From assembly GCA_963851445.1 (NCBI GenBank), contig CAWKPH010000001.1, forward strand, positions 61,813-125,812: 64,000 bases of DNA, written 5' to 3'. The position numbers and the translations under genes are program-made. The notes under the pieces are model-generated. The model was not told where the DNA came from, searched no databases, and saw only the letters and a list, made by a program, of their open reading frames with translations. Numbering within the stretch: the first letter of the stretch is position 1; every line of letters begins with the position of its first letter. The DNA is from an uncultured bacterium. GTDB taxonomy: Bacteria; Patescibacteriota; Minisyncoccia; Phycocordibacterales; Phycocordibacteraceae. Of the stretch, positions 19,604 through 27,825 are shown in pieces.

Positions 19604-21445
19604 CTAATGCGATGCAATGAACGCAATGGTCGATGGTCCGAGAACGCCTGTGCCCACAGAAAGATTGAATGGTGCAAGTATGTTTGTGGTGTGAGCTTCC
19701 TGGAATTTGACAAGTGCGTTAAAAGTGAGCGTGCCAAAATAATCGGTTTCTTGTCCTGGAGAACCTGTGCCTGCGGCGGCAATTGTAAAGCCATGGGAAT
19801 TGAGATACTGCTGAAGTGCCATCACGTCGCTACCCTCCATGCCACGTTCTAGATAACGCTTGAAGGCAACACTTGTAGCAGAGGTTGAGCTACCGACTTC
19901 TGCCACCGGTGGAGCAGCGATTGATGGAACAACGACCGGAAGCGAGGAGGAGGCAACGGGTGGGAAAAGATTTGGCCACTCTGTTTCAAGTGCCTGAGCT
20001 GCCTTTGTATTACCCGTGCTATTAAGATACGTTACTTGTGAAGTTACCGAACCGCCGCCCGAAACGCCTTCGTCGTTTGGTGCAATCGTATCAATGACAT
20101 AGTTAGCGGAAGTCGAAGGTGAAATTACACCGGTGATCTTGGTTACGCTGTCTCCTCCAGAAATCTCGTTGTTATTATTATTTGCGGTCCACATGTTCGT
20201 ACCGTCGAAGGCAATTTCAGCAGGACTGAAACCGACACCGGTGTATGTGACCATCGTGCCGTTAGGGGCAATCTCAGTGACAGCACCTTCCTCAGTACCG
20301 GGAACACCAAAATCAGTCACCCACATATTTGTGCCGTCGAAGGCGATACCATTGGGGCCGTCGCCAGTGCCAGTATATGTGGTTATCGCACCGGATGGGG
20401 TTATCTTCGAGACACTCTTGCTGTTGTTTTCAAAATCAAAGTATGGTGCGGGGCTGAAGCCACCGTAGTTGGCAGTCCACATATTTGTGCCGTCGAAGGC
20501 GATGCCGATGGGTCCAAGCCCAGTCCCTGAATAGCTTGTTGAGGTGCCTGTTGGAGATATTTTTGTAACACTGTCGCCGCTGCCGGTATCGTTACTGCCA
20601 TAGTTAGCGGTCCACATATTTGTGCCGTCGAAGGCGATGGATTGGGGTCCCGGAGTCGTGGTGGCGGTGAGGAGTACAGCGCTCGTAGAAGCAATTTCGG
20701 TGACGATACCTGGAGAGACGCCGTCAACGTAACTTGATACCCACATATTTGTGCCATCGAAGGCGATGTCGTCTGGAGCTTGCGCTACGGTAATGGGAGA
20801 ACCGATGATAGAACCATTTAAACCAAGCTCTCTTACTGTGGTACCGTTGCCTGATCCTACACCGAGAGGACCTCCATAATTTGTTACCCACAGGTGCGTG
20901 CCGTCGAAGGCGATGCCGGAAGGACCATCGAAGCCGCTGTATGCGGTGACGGTGCCGCTTGGAGTGATCTTGTCTACGTCGTCGTTATTCCCATTCGTTA
21001 CCCACATGTTCGTACCATCAAAGGCGATGCCGTAGGGCTGGTTAAAGCTCGGGTCTTTATAGGTCGTGCCTATCACTTTCCCTTTTACACTAATTACATT
21101 TGTTCCTGCACTCGTGTTTGCACTCGGAGTGAACGTCGCTGTATAGACGTCGGGGTTTGTGGTGGATGCAAGATTCGTGAGGATGCCGTTTGTCGCTGAT
21201 GTATCGCTAGCAGTAAAGTCGAGCGGCGCTGCTGGGAAGGTAAAGGTAACGGTCGCAGTTTGACCGACGCCCAAATTAGAATTGCTGATCGTAATAGTCG
21301 GTCCTGCAAGTGGAGCAGGCATGGATCCCGAAGTCGTAAGCGGAAGTATGCCATTAAAAGAAGCAAACGCAGACAAAGGGAGCATAAACGAAAGTGCGAG
21401 CATAATGACCGCACCCAAGGTATGAGGCCGATAGATTGTTTTCAT
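19604..21445 (-). CDS. Secreted beta-propeller repeat protein (NHL/Vgb-lyase-like IAFDGTNMW repeats) with Ig-like N-domain and C-terminal peptidoglycan-binding (PG_binding_1) domain
   Basis: 613 aa ORF with a signal peptide, about eight repeats of P.GIAFDGTNMWV(T/A)N…SVTKI(T/S)P at ~50-aa spacing, and a C-terminal …VMALQQYLNSHGF…GTLTFNALVKFQEAH domain. Confidence 0.6.
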   Translation of the reverse strand: MKTIYRPHTLGAVIMLALSFMLPLSAFASFNGILPLTTSGSMPAPLAGPTITISNSNLGVGQTATVTFTFPAAPLDFTASDTSATNGILTNLASTTNPDVYTATFTPSANTSAGTNVISVKGKVIGTTYKDPSFNQPYGIAFDGTNMWVTNGNNDDVDKITPSGTVTAYSGFDGPSGIAFDGTHLWVTNYGGPLGVGSGNGTTVRELGLNGSIIGSPITVAQAPDDIAFDGTNMWVSSYVDGVSPGIVTEIASTSAVLLTATTTPGPQSIAFDGTNMWTANYGSNDTGSGDSVTKISPTGTSTSYSGTGLGPIGIAFDGTNMWTANYGGFSPAPYFDFENNSKSVSKITPSGAITTYTGTGDGPNGIAFDGTNMWVTDFGVPGTEEGAVTEIAPNGTMVTYTGVGFSPAEIAFDGTNMWTANNNNNEISGGDSVTKITGVISPSTSANYVIDTIAPNDEGVSGGGSVTSQVTYLNSTGNTKAAQALETEWPNLFPPVASSSLPVVVPSIAAPPVAEVGSSTSATSVAFKRYLERGMEGSDVMALQQYLNSHGFTIAAAGTGSPGQETDYFGTLTFNALVKFQEAHTTNILAPFNLSVGTGVLGPSTIAFIASH

Positions 21446-21480
21446 ACTTAAACTATATCATCCGATATTGCGCTCAACTC

Positions 21481-21663
21481 TCAACGATGAGGCAACCCTG
21501 CCCAGCAGCAAGGGCTTCGCATTCCACTGTTAAGCTTTGAGATTCCTTTTTTGATACAGATGCTGTTTCGAATCCGAATCTTCTTTGGAAAAGCCTTGCT
21601 TGCTCTTTGCGTGAGTCCTTGGAAATCTGTACGAGGTTTCTCGCACGCTATAAAAAGTGACAA
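21481..21663 (-). pseudogene. Possible remnant of a YdeI/OmpD-associated family gene
   Basis: 60 aa ORF ending …KKGISKLNSGMRSPCCWAGLPHR resembles the C-terminus of the intact YdeI-like protein at 23116..23418 (…LIEGMRRPCCWIGCIHR). Confidence 0.25.
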
Positions 21664-21695
21664 AAGTGACAGAGGAACGCACTTCTAGGTGTCAC

Positions 21696-22220
21696 TTAAA
21701 TAGTTACATCCATCTGTAACGTTTCCTTAATTTCATTCAGCGTTTCTTGGATATTCTTGTCTTTTGTATCTATAACAACCGCATCTAATCGCTCCTTTCT
21801 AAGCGCATCAGCTTTCTCCCACAACTTTCCCACCTTTTCTGGAGTAAGAAGGCTTCCCGGCCTATATCCACGCTCGTCTGCACGCGCTTGGGTGGTGGCT
21901 TTGTCAGCAAACAAGAGAAACTCGTATACCTCTGCGTTGTACTTCTTGGCTACAGCAATAAACAACTCAAGAGTATCTGAGTACGAAATAGCCTTATCAA
22001 TAATTACGCTCTGCCCATTTCTAAAGGCTCCGTCGATGGCGCCTGCTGCTTTCTCATAAGCAAGGCTGAGACTTTCTTCCTGGTTTTCCTTGTAGTCTGG
22101 TATCGAGCGGCGAATCTCATCTACATCAATAAGAACCGAGTTCGGCATATCTGCATGTAGTAATGTCGAAATTGTAGACTTGCCCACTCCCGACGGACCA
22201 TTGAGGATGATAAGTTTCAT
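21696..22220 (-). CDS. P-loop NTPase, AAA_33/zeta-toxin/CPT-like small-molecule kinase
   Basis: 174 aa ORF with Walker A (LNGPSGVGKST) and a small kinase-like fold. Confidence 0.6.
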   Translation of the reverse strand: MKLIILNGPSGVGKSTISTLLHADMPNSVLIDVDEIRRSIPDYKENQEESLSLAYEKAAGAIDGAFRNGQSVIIDKAISYSDTLELFIAVAKKYNAEVYEFLLFADKATTQARADERGYRPGSLLTPEKVGKLWEKADALRKERLDAVVIDTKDKNIQETLNEIKETLQMDVTI

Positions 22221-22228
22221 ATTTCCGC

Positions 22229-22729
22229 TTAGCCTATTAGCTTCTTAAGTTCTGCGACATCTATACGATCTGATTCCCGTTGCCACATGAGCATCTCTTT
22301 GTTTTTTATGATAAGTGCCTTGGAAAGAAGTGGTAATTTGAATCTCTGCCATTCGACTACTTCAACATTAGGGAAACCGTCTTTGTAGAAATTCTCGTAC
22401 TTTTGGATTTCCTTATCAAAAATATCCATCTCGGACATAGGACAGATATCCAAAATTTCCATCACTTCTACGTTGTAGTTGTCGTAGTTCTGGTCAAAAA
22501 AATGTTCGAGGGGACTCGTGATGTATGGCTCCACAATTGAGAGAAATTCCTTGAAGACAGCGTCATCTTTGGAGACTTCAATATCAATGTCAATGTCCGT
22601 GATACTGCGAGGTACACCGTACACGTAGCATGCAAATCCACCCGTGATGCACCAGCGCAAATTGAGCTTTTCAAGAATCGGAATTATATACGTAAGCGCT
22701 TCATATGCTTTTTGCTGTTCGGGACTCAT
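22229..22729 (-). CDS. Nucleotidyltransferase-fold protein (aminoglycoside/lincosamide NTase-like)
   Basis: Contains the NTase signature GGFACYVYGVPRSITDIDIDI (GS…D.D). Start taken at MSPEQQ to avoid overlap with the dgkA-like stop. Confidence 0.5.
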   Translation of the reverse strand: MSPEQQKAYEALTYIIPILEKLNLRWCITGGFACYVYGVPRSITDIDIDIEVSKDDAVFKEFLSIVEPYITSPLEHFFDQNYDNYNVEVMEILDICPMSEMDIFDKEIQKYENFYKDGFPNVEVVEWQRFKLPLLSKALIIKNKEMLMWQRESDRIDVAELKKLIG

Positions 22730-22740
22730 GTTGAATTTTT

Positions 22741-23091
22741 CTAAGCAAACTTCCGAATCAGGATGAAAGCAAGACAAACGAGTCCGAATATCGCTGCCCA
22801 AAAAACAGCTGCCGAAGCTAAATCCTTACTGCGTCCAATTGCTTCATCACGTGCAGGGTGGATCTTGCTGAGCGCCATTTCAATTGCTGAATTCTGTAAC
22901 TCAGTGACTATTACAAAGAACCAGCAGAATGTAAGTAATAGCATGTCATCCGGAGAAAGATCGAATAAGAAATAAACAATTGGGAGTCCAATAACAGCAA
23001 GCGCGATATCGATTTGGATAGCGCTATCATGCGTAAGAGCGTAGAGCAATCCACGAAACGGGTGTGAGAATCTTGTAATCCAATACTTCAT
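22741..23091 (-). CDS. Diacylglycerol kinase family protein (prokaryotic DgkA/undecaprenol kinase type)
   Basis: 116 aa ORF with three TM helices and the ALTHD…NSAIE…DLASAAV motifs. Confidence 0.75.
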   Translation of the reverse strand: MKYWITRFSHPFRGLLYALTHDSAIQIDIALAVIGLPIVYFLFDLSPDDMLLLTFCWFFVIVTELQNSAIEMALSKIHPARDEAIGRSKDLASAAVFWAAIFGLVCLAFILIRKFA

Positions 23092-23115
23092 AACATCATT
23101 TTACCTTGAGAATCA

Positions 23116-23418
23116 TTACCTTTTAGCTTTTTTCTTGCGCAGTATCCCTCGTACCGACTGGCTGATTGGCTTGTCAGTTCGGTGAATGCAGCCTATCCAG
23201 CAACACGGTCGCCTCATCCCCTCGATGAGTTCCGAACATACTCTTCTCACATGATCTTTCCGCGTCTCCGGGGTCTTAACTGAGATGGTCCAGCAAATCC
23301 ATTCATTCCGTGCGAGCGGCGTAATGTCTTCCCATGCAGCGAGCGCTTTCGGTGAAGTAACGAGTGCCTTCTTTAAATCTGCAGGTAACTTATGCGCAGT
23401 TCCTGATGATACTTTCAT
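23116..23418 (-). CDS. YdeI/OmpD-associated family protein
   Basis: 100 aa ORF; …LAAWEDITPLARNEWICWTISVKTPETRKDHVRRV…RRPCCW matches the family. Confidence 0.6.
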   Translation of the reverse strand: MKVSSGTAHKLPADLKKALVTSPKALAAWEDITPLARNEWICWTISVKTPETRKDHVRRVCSELIEGMRRPCCWIGCIHRTDKPISQSVRGILRKKKAKR

Positions 23419-23500
23419 AACAGCATATTAACATTTAACTTTCTGTGCCTGTCCATGAATGGCACTGGGTCTAGTATATAAAGTTAAGGTTTAAAGAGTT

Positions 23501-23521
23501 GGTTCGAGTCTTAGAGAGGTC
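23501..23521 (-). repeat. Copy 3 (inverted orientation) of a 21-nt repeated element GGTTCGAGTCTTAGAGAGGTC
   Basis: Shares about 21 of 31 positions with copies 1 and 2, on the opposite strand, and abuts the ICMT-1 stop codon. Confidence 0.35.
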
Positions 23522-24197
23522 ACCACACAAACGGCACTAAGTGATATTTCACTTTCTTCTCGTACTCCACATAGCCCGGAAGATCTCTTGCCAATACTCG
23601 CTCTTCGTCAAGAAGTCTCCAAACGAGTACTAGTGTGAAAAGAACGAGCGTAAGGAGTCCCCACCACGAACCAAGTGCAAGTGGAGTCCCCAGAATGAGG
23701 ATGAGAGCTCCGCTGTACATAGGATGTCGGACCCAGGCGTATGTACCAGTAGAGATGACCTTCTGTCCGCTATCTACTTCAATAAGTGCAGAAGCGTACG
23801 TGTTTTCTTTAAAGACAAGGAATACGATATAGAAACCAATCACAACAAGAATATCGCCTATAATGCTTACATACGATGGCACTATGGACCAGCCGAAGCG
23901 ATGATCAAGTGCTGGAAGAATAATGACTAAAAGGAATGAGACCTGGGCAATGGATTGTATTATCTTCTGACTTGTCTCTTTCTCGTTGAGCGGACCTGCG
24001 CTTATTCGCCGCTCCAAAAGCTTCGGGTCGCTTTTCATCAAGTTGATGGTGATCGCGAAAGCCGGCCCAAAGAACGCTATGAGGAAAACCCATGCTTGCC
24101 AGTAATTAAAGGTCCATGCTGAAATAAAGAGCATTGCTGCCGTGACAGCGAGAAGTGTAAGAGATCCAATAACTGCTTTTAGGTTCACATTTTTCAT
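23520..24197 (-). CDS. Isoprenylcysteine carboxyl methyltransferase (ICMT/PEMT) family membrane methyltransferase, paralog 1
   Basis: 225 aa multi-TM ORF with C-terminal …RHPMYSGALILILG…LLDEERVL…EYEKKV, typical of ICMT. Confidence 0.75.
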   Translation of the reverse strand: MKNVNLKAVIGSLTLLAVTAAMLFISAWTFNYWQAWVFLIAFFGPAFAITINLMKSDPKLLERRISAGPLNEKETSQKIIQSIAQVSFLLVIILPALDHRFGWSIVPSYVSIIGDILVVIGFYIVFLVFKENTYASALIEVDSGQKVISTGTYAWVRHPMYSGALILILGTPLALGSWWGLLTLVLFTLVLVWRLLDEERVLARDLPGYVEYEKKVKYHLVPFVW

Positions 24198-24210
24198 CGT
24201 AAAGCTTGAA

Positions 24211-24885
24211 TTAGAAAATTCCCGGTATTAGGTGCCAGTGAACCTTCGCTTGATATTCCGTATAGCCCGATAGATTTAATGCAAGAAATTTTTCTTCGTC
24301 AAATAATCGCCAAACAAAACCTAGAGCCAGGAGAACAACTGGAACAAGTCCCCAATAAGAGCCCAGAGCCAAAGATATACCGATGAAATAGAGTATCGCA
24401 CATGAATACATTGGGTTTCGCACGATTGCATAGGGACCGGTTGAAACGACTTTTTGATCTTTCGTCACCTCGATACTCGCGGAACCAAAAGAATTTTCCT
24501 TGAACACTCGATACACCATCCACATGCTCAGTATGATGATGAGGTCGCCCATGATGGGAACCCAGGATGGCGCGCTCGACCATACAAAACGGTGATCGAA
24601 CCCGGGAACAATGAATGTAGCGATGAGCGGCACTCCTAGAGCCCATACTATGATCTTTTGGATAGGCCGGTGTTCTTCGGTTGGTCCACCTCGAGTTCTA
24701 TTTTCGAGTAGTATCGGATCGTTAGTTATGTAAAGGGTTATGGGGATGCTCGTCACGACGACGACTCCAAGAAATAGCCATGCCTGCCAGTACTGTATGG
24801 TCCCAGCCGAAAGAAATATTGCAAGTCCCATAAGGATAATTGTTATAACAAATCCGAACCAGGCTCCTGCTTTAGGATTCTTCAT
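24211..24885 (-). CDS. ICMT/PEMT family membrane methyltransferase, paralog 2
   Basis: 224 aa ORF with the same architecture as the adjacent paralog (…RNPMYSCAILYFIG…FDEEKFL…EYQAKV). Confidence 0.75.
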   Translation of the reverse strand: MKNPKAGAWFGFVITIILMGLAIFLSAGTIQYWQAWLFLGVVVVTSIPITLYITNDPILLENRTRGGPTEEHRPIQKIIVWALGVPLIATFIVPGFDHRFVWSSAPSWVPIMGDLIIILSMWMVYRVFKENSFGSASIEVTKDQKVVSTGPYAIVRNPMYSCAILYFIGISLALGSYWGLVPVVLLALGFVWRLFDEEKFLALNLSGYTEYQAKVHWHLIPGIF

Positions 24886-24906
24886 GACTTAAGGATAGCA
24901 CTATTC

Positions 24907-24927
24907 GACCATTCTCGGATTCGAACT
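24907..24927 (+). repeat. Copy 1 of the 21-nt element (+strand GACCATTCTCGGATTCGAACT; mRNA-sense AGTTCGAATCCGAGAATGGTC)
   Basis: Matches copy 2 at 20 of 21 positions. Lies about 20 nt upstream of the ICMT-2 start codon within a ~60-80-nt homologous upstream block. Confidence 0.5.
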
Positions 24928-24992
24928 GATTTCGCGTCCAAGAATATGAAAGCCCTTGGTCTTTCGATATTTCGATTCGAGTCTCAGAGGGA

Positions 24993-25595
24993 TCAGAATG
25001 ATCCTGTTTTGACTTCGCCTGCGCGTTGAAAATTAGCGATGATGACACCACTCGGGGTATGTATGCATTTCTCCAAAGTAAAAGCTGCAGGAATCGTACC
25101 AACTTCGAAAAGTCGTTTCCCGACACCGAGCGTAATGGGGAAAATTTTGAGCCAAAGCTCGTCAACAAGATCGTATTTAAGAAGTGTCTGGATGAAATTC
25201 CCACTGCCGTGCACCTGCAATTCCAGACCATCTTGCTGCTTCAATTTCTGGATTTCACCGATCACATTTTCTTTGAGCACAACTGTCTTCTCCCAATCGG
25301 TTTCAAGTGGCGTAGTGCTGGCGACGTATTTCGTTGCTTTGTTGATGCTGTTTCCAATCGGGTTGTCATTATGGAGCGGCCAATACGACTTGAAGATGTC
25401 GTATGTCTTCCTGCCGAGGAGCAAGTCGAACGGATGTTCCAATTGCTCAAGCATCACTTTGCCGCCAACCTCGTCCATATACGGAACTGTCCATCCGCCG
25501 TATTTGAAATCACCCGAAGTATCTTCTTGCGGGCCTCCTGGCGCCTGCATAACACCGTCGAGTGTAACAAAAGACAGGACAATTATCTTTCTCAT
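24993..25595 (-). CDS. Dihydrofolate reductase family protein (RibD C-terminal domain type)
   Basis: 200 aa ORF; N-terminus MRKIIVLSFVTLDGVMQAPGGPQED…GRKTYD is typical of the RibD_C/DHFR-like family. Confidence 0.75.
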   Translation of the reverse strand: MRKIIVLSFVTLDGVMQAPGGPQEDTSGDFKYGGWTVPYMDEVGGKVMLEQLEHPFDLLLGRKTYDIFKSYWPLHNDNPIGNSINKATKYVASTTPLETDWEKTVVLKENVIGEIQKLKQQDGLELQVHGSGNFIQTLLKYDLVDELWLKIFPITLGVGKRLFEVGTIPAAFTLEKCIHTPSGVIIANFQRAGEVKTGSF

Positions 25596-25622
25596 CCAGA
25601 GATTTTAACACACCAAGATGAT

Positions 25623-25643
25623 GACCTTTCTCGGATTCGAACT
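25623..25643 (+). repeat. Copy 2 of the 21-nt element (+strand GACCTTTCTCGGATTCGAACT)
   Basis: Matches copy 1 at 20 of 21 positions and lies about 30 nt upstream of the DHFR-family start codon. Confidence 0.5.
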
Positions 25644-25804
25644 CAATCTATGACTTACATACTCATCTCGAATCTTAGACCCGTTATGACTCCTCTAGGA
25701 AATTATTTTCCGCTCGCCAAACGGCGCCTTAGATATTCGCATGTGTCCTGGTCGTTCGATACTTAACTAGACTGCTGGAAGTGTGGAACGATATCCGAAC
25801 AGAA

Positions 25805-26209
25805 TTAGCTTTTTCTTCTGTTCAATAAAGTCACAGAAAATTGAAGAATGGTAGCGAATGTTACCCACGCGAGATACGGGAGATTACTATACGCAATCCA
25901 AGGTGCATATGTATATACAGAAAGAAGAGCCCACACTAAGGTAATGTCGACGAGCAATATATCGACAAGAGCAAGCGAGAAGTTCTGTAATCGGAATTGA
26001 ATAGTTGTGTAAGAGAAATTAAAAATTAGATTCAATAGAAACGGGAGTATTACTACAAAAGGCACTCCTTTATTAAAATATTCCAAGAATATATATCCAA
26101 AAGAAATTACGATCACTACGTAAAGAACCGTCCATACAGGAGCGAATAGCCATGCGGGAGGCGACCACGACGGTTTTCGGTATTCTTTGTATCTAGAGTC
26201 ATTCTTCAT
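25805..26209 (-). CDS. TspO/MBR (tryptophan-rich sensory protein) family
   Basis: 134 aa ORF with the PPAWLFAPVWTVLY motif and a multi-TM, Trp-rich sequence. Confidence 0.7.
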   Translation of the reverse strand: MKNDSRYKEYRKPSWSPPAWLFAPVWTVLYVVIVISFGYIFLEYFNKGVPFVVILPFLLNLIFNFSYTTIQFRLQNFSLALVDILLVDITLVWALLSVYTYAPWIAYSNLPYLAWVTFATILQFSVTLLNRRKS

Positions 26210-26271
26210 TCAAAAAGTATAGCCCATCTAGATTGGCTGGGAGTCTGGTACGACGTGGGAACCTTTTTGCG

Positions 26272-26910
26272 CTAGCGTACAGGTTGTCCAGCTAGGATTT
26301 GGAATACAAATTGCAAAAGCATAAATTGGTCGTAAATATCCTTCATTATCTCGCTTAAGGTTTCATCCTTCATCGAATTAATCTTTTCTATCAATTCAGG
26401 ATTCTCGGGATACCTAAGTAGTAAATTTTTCGGGTCAGGATATGGCCGACCCAAATATAAGTGATTCCTATATTTCAAGATTATCTCGGGTAATTTCTTC
26501 TCCCAGTAAAGAAGTGTTCCTGAATATATAAGAACTTGTGGAAGTTTTGTTTTCTTTCCTTGTATATCTACTTCCACATAATCAAAGGCATTCTCAAGCT
26601 CATCTACAGGAAGTGTTCGAAGAAGTAAGGAAATCTCTTTACCTACTTTCCGAAGGTCATGCTCATTCCGAATAGGTATCTTAAACTGAATGCTATAAGC
26701 CTTCATGGCTAATTCCAACCCATGTTTGAAGAGATAGATGGCCACTCCAATTCCATTTTTCTGTGTTCCCCAATCTTTTCTATCCTGTATCTCTTTAGCT
26801 AAGATTTTTGCATTAGAGAGATATTCTAGCGCAAAGCTAAACCAGTCCAAGAAGCCTTTCTCAAACGGCTGTCCTTCAACAATATTATCTTTGTTTATTC
26901 TTACCGCCAT
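26272..26910 (-). CDS. Hypothetical protein encoded in AT-rich (~33% GC) segment
   Basis: 212 aa ORF with no recognizable family. The local GC drop relative to ~50% flanks suggests foreign origin. Confidence 0.5.
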   Translation of the reverse strand: MAVRINKDNIVEGQPFEKGFLDWFSFALEYLSNAKILAKEIQDRKDWGTQKNGIGVAIYLFKHGLELAMKAYSIQFKIPIRNEHDLRKVGKEISLLLRTLPVDELENAFDYVEVDIQGKKTKLPQVLIYSGTLLYWEKKLPEIILKYRNHLYLGRPYPDPKNLLLRYPENPELIEKINSMKDETLSEIMKDIYDQFMLLQFVFQILAGQPVR

Positions 26911-27312
26911 TTTGAATTAATTATTTAAATGTAACGCGTTTCTTTTTAAGGTACACTCCAAGTCCAAGAGCTACCATATATGACCATGCTGTCCATTTTC
27001 GTCCAAAATCTTTTCTCCCACATATTTCTCTCTGGATCTCCACCAAATTTACTACTATTGGCCATCGTCTTATAAACATCCTCAGAAATAAAGATATTTA
27101 AGGAATCATCATTTATGGATGACAACTTTACGGCATAAAGCATTTCAATCGAAAATTCTAGGACAGAAGGAAGAAGAATGTAAGGCGAAGGAGGTAGATA
27201 TAAGAAACTATGCCAAATATCTCTTACGTGAAGGAGCTGACGTAGAGAAGCGAGAATTGCTCGGATGCCTTAGAAGCAAAATACTTTTAAGCGACAAGAC
27301 TATTTCTCTCGG

Positions 27313-27825
27313 CTAGGCTGTGTAATTCGTCTCAATATTTAGCTGAGCTTTTATTTCAAGTGCACGCGCCATCAGATGATCGCCTATCTCCCCCCAATCG
27401 AAATACTCCTTATAGTCCTTAGGGTCTATTAATTTTATCTCGGTAATATCTCCGTCGGGATCACTTACAAAATTTCCATACGGTTCGACCAAACAAACAG
27501 AGCGCGTCTGCGAGATGATCCCTTCAGAATTGTGAATATCTTGATAGCCAATAAATCGCTGTTTAAGTACACGCATGTTAGTTTCCTCTTTTACTTCACG
27601 GCTCACAGCTTCTCGAGCAGTTTCTCCTTCTTCAACACCTCCCCCGGGAGGAGTCCAATACCCTTTATTCTTTGCATACACGATAACTAACTGGTCTTTA
27701 TAGAAACAATATGCGTGAACTCCACTAATCTTTTTATCGCCATAATCTAGCTCACTATTAATATCGTGGTATTCAACTTTTAGTACTTCACCTGAAGCGT
27801 TAGTTAGATTTGATGAGATGTTCAT
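27313..27825 (-). CDS. NUDIX hydrolase
   Basis: Contains the Nudix box GGGVEEGETAREAVSREVKEETN. Confidence 0.8.
   Translation of the reverse strand: MNISSNLTNASGEVLKVEYHDINSELDYGDKKISGVHAYCFYKDQLVIVYAKNKGYWTPPGGGVEEGETAREAVSREVKEETNMRVLKQRFIGYQDIHNSEGIISQTRSVCLVEPYGNFVSDPDGDITEIKLIDPKDYKEYFDWGEIGDHLMARALEIKAQLNIETNYTA

Noticed and set aside
24299-24646. 115-aa ORF antisense within ICMT paralog 2 and similar embedded ORFs (e.g. 20401..20757, 21094..21414)
   Set aside because: Overlap with strongly supported genes on the other frame; compositionally atypical (Arg/Ser/His-rich).
21696-26209. Integron cassette array with attC sites
   Set aside because: The repeated 21-mer contains GTTCGAA rather than the GTTRRRY/RYYYAAC core sites, and no intI or attI is present in the window.
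26946-27316. Two ~65-aa ORFs (26946..27143 minus, 27119..27316 plus) in the AT-rich spacer
   Set aside because: No domain or homolog recognizable, mutually overlapping and in low-complexity AT-rich DNA; not called as genes.
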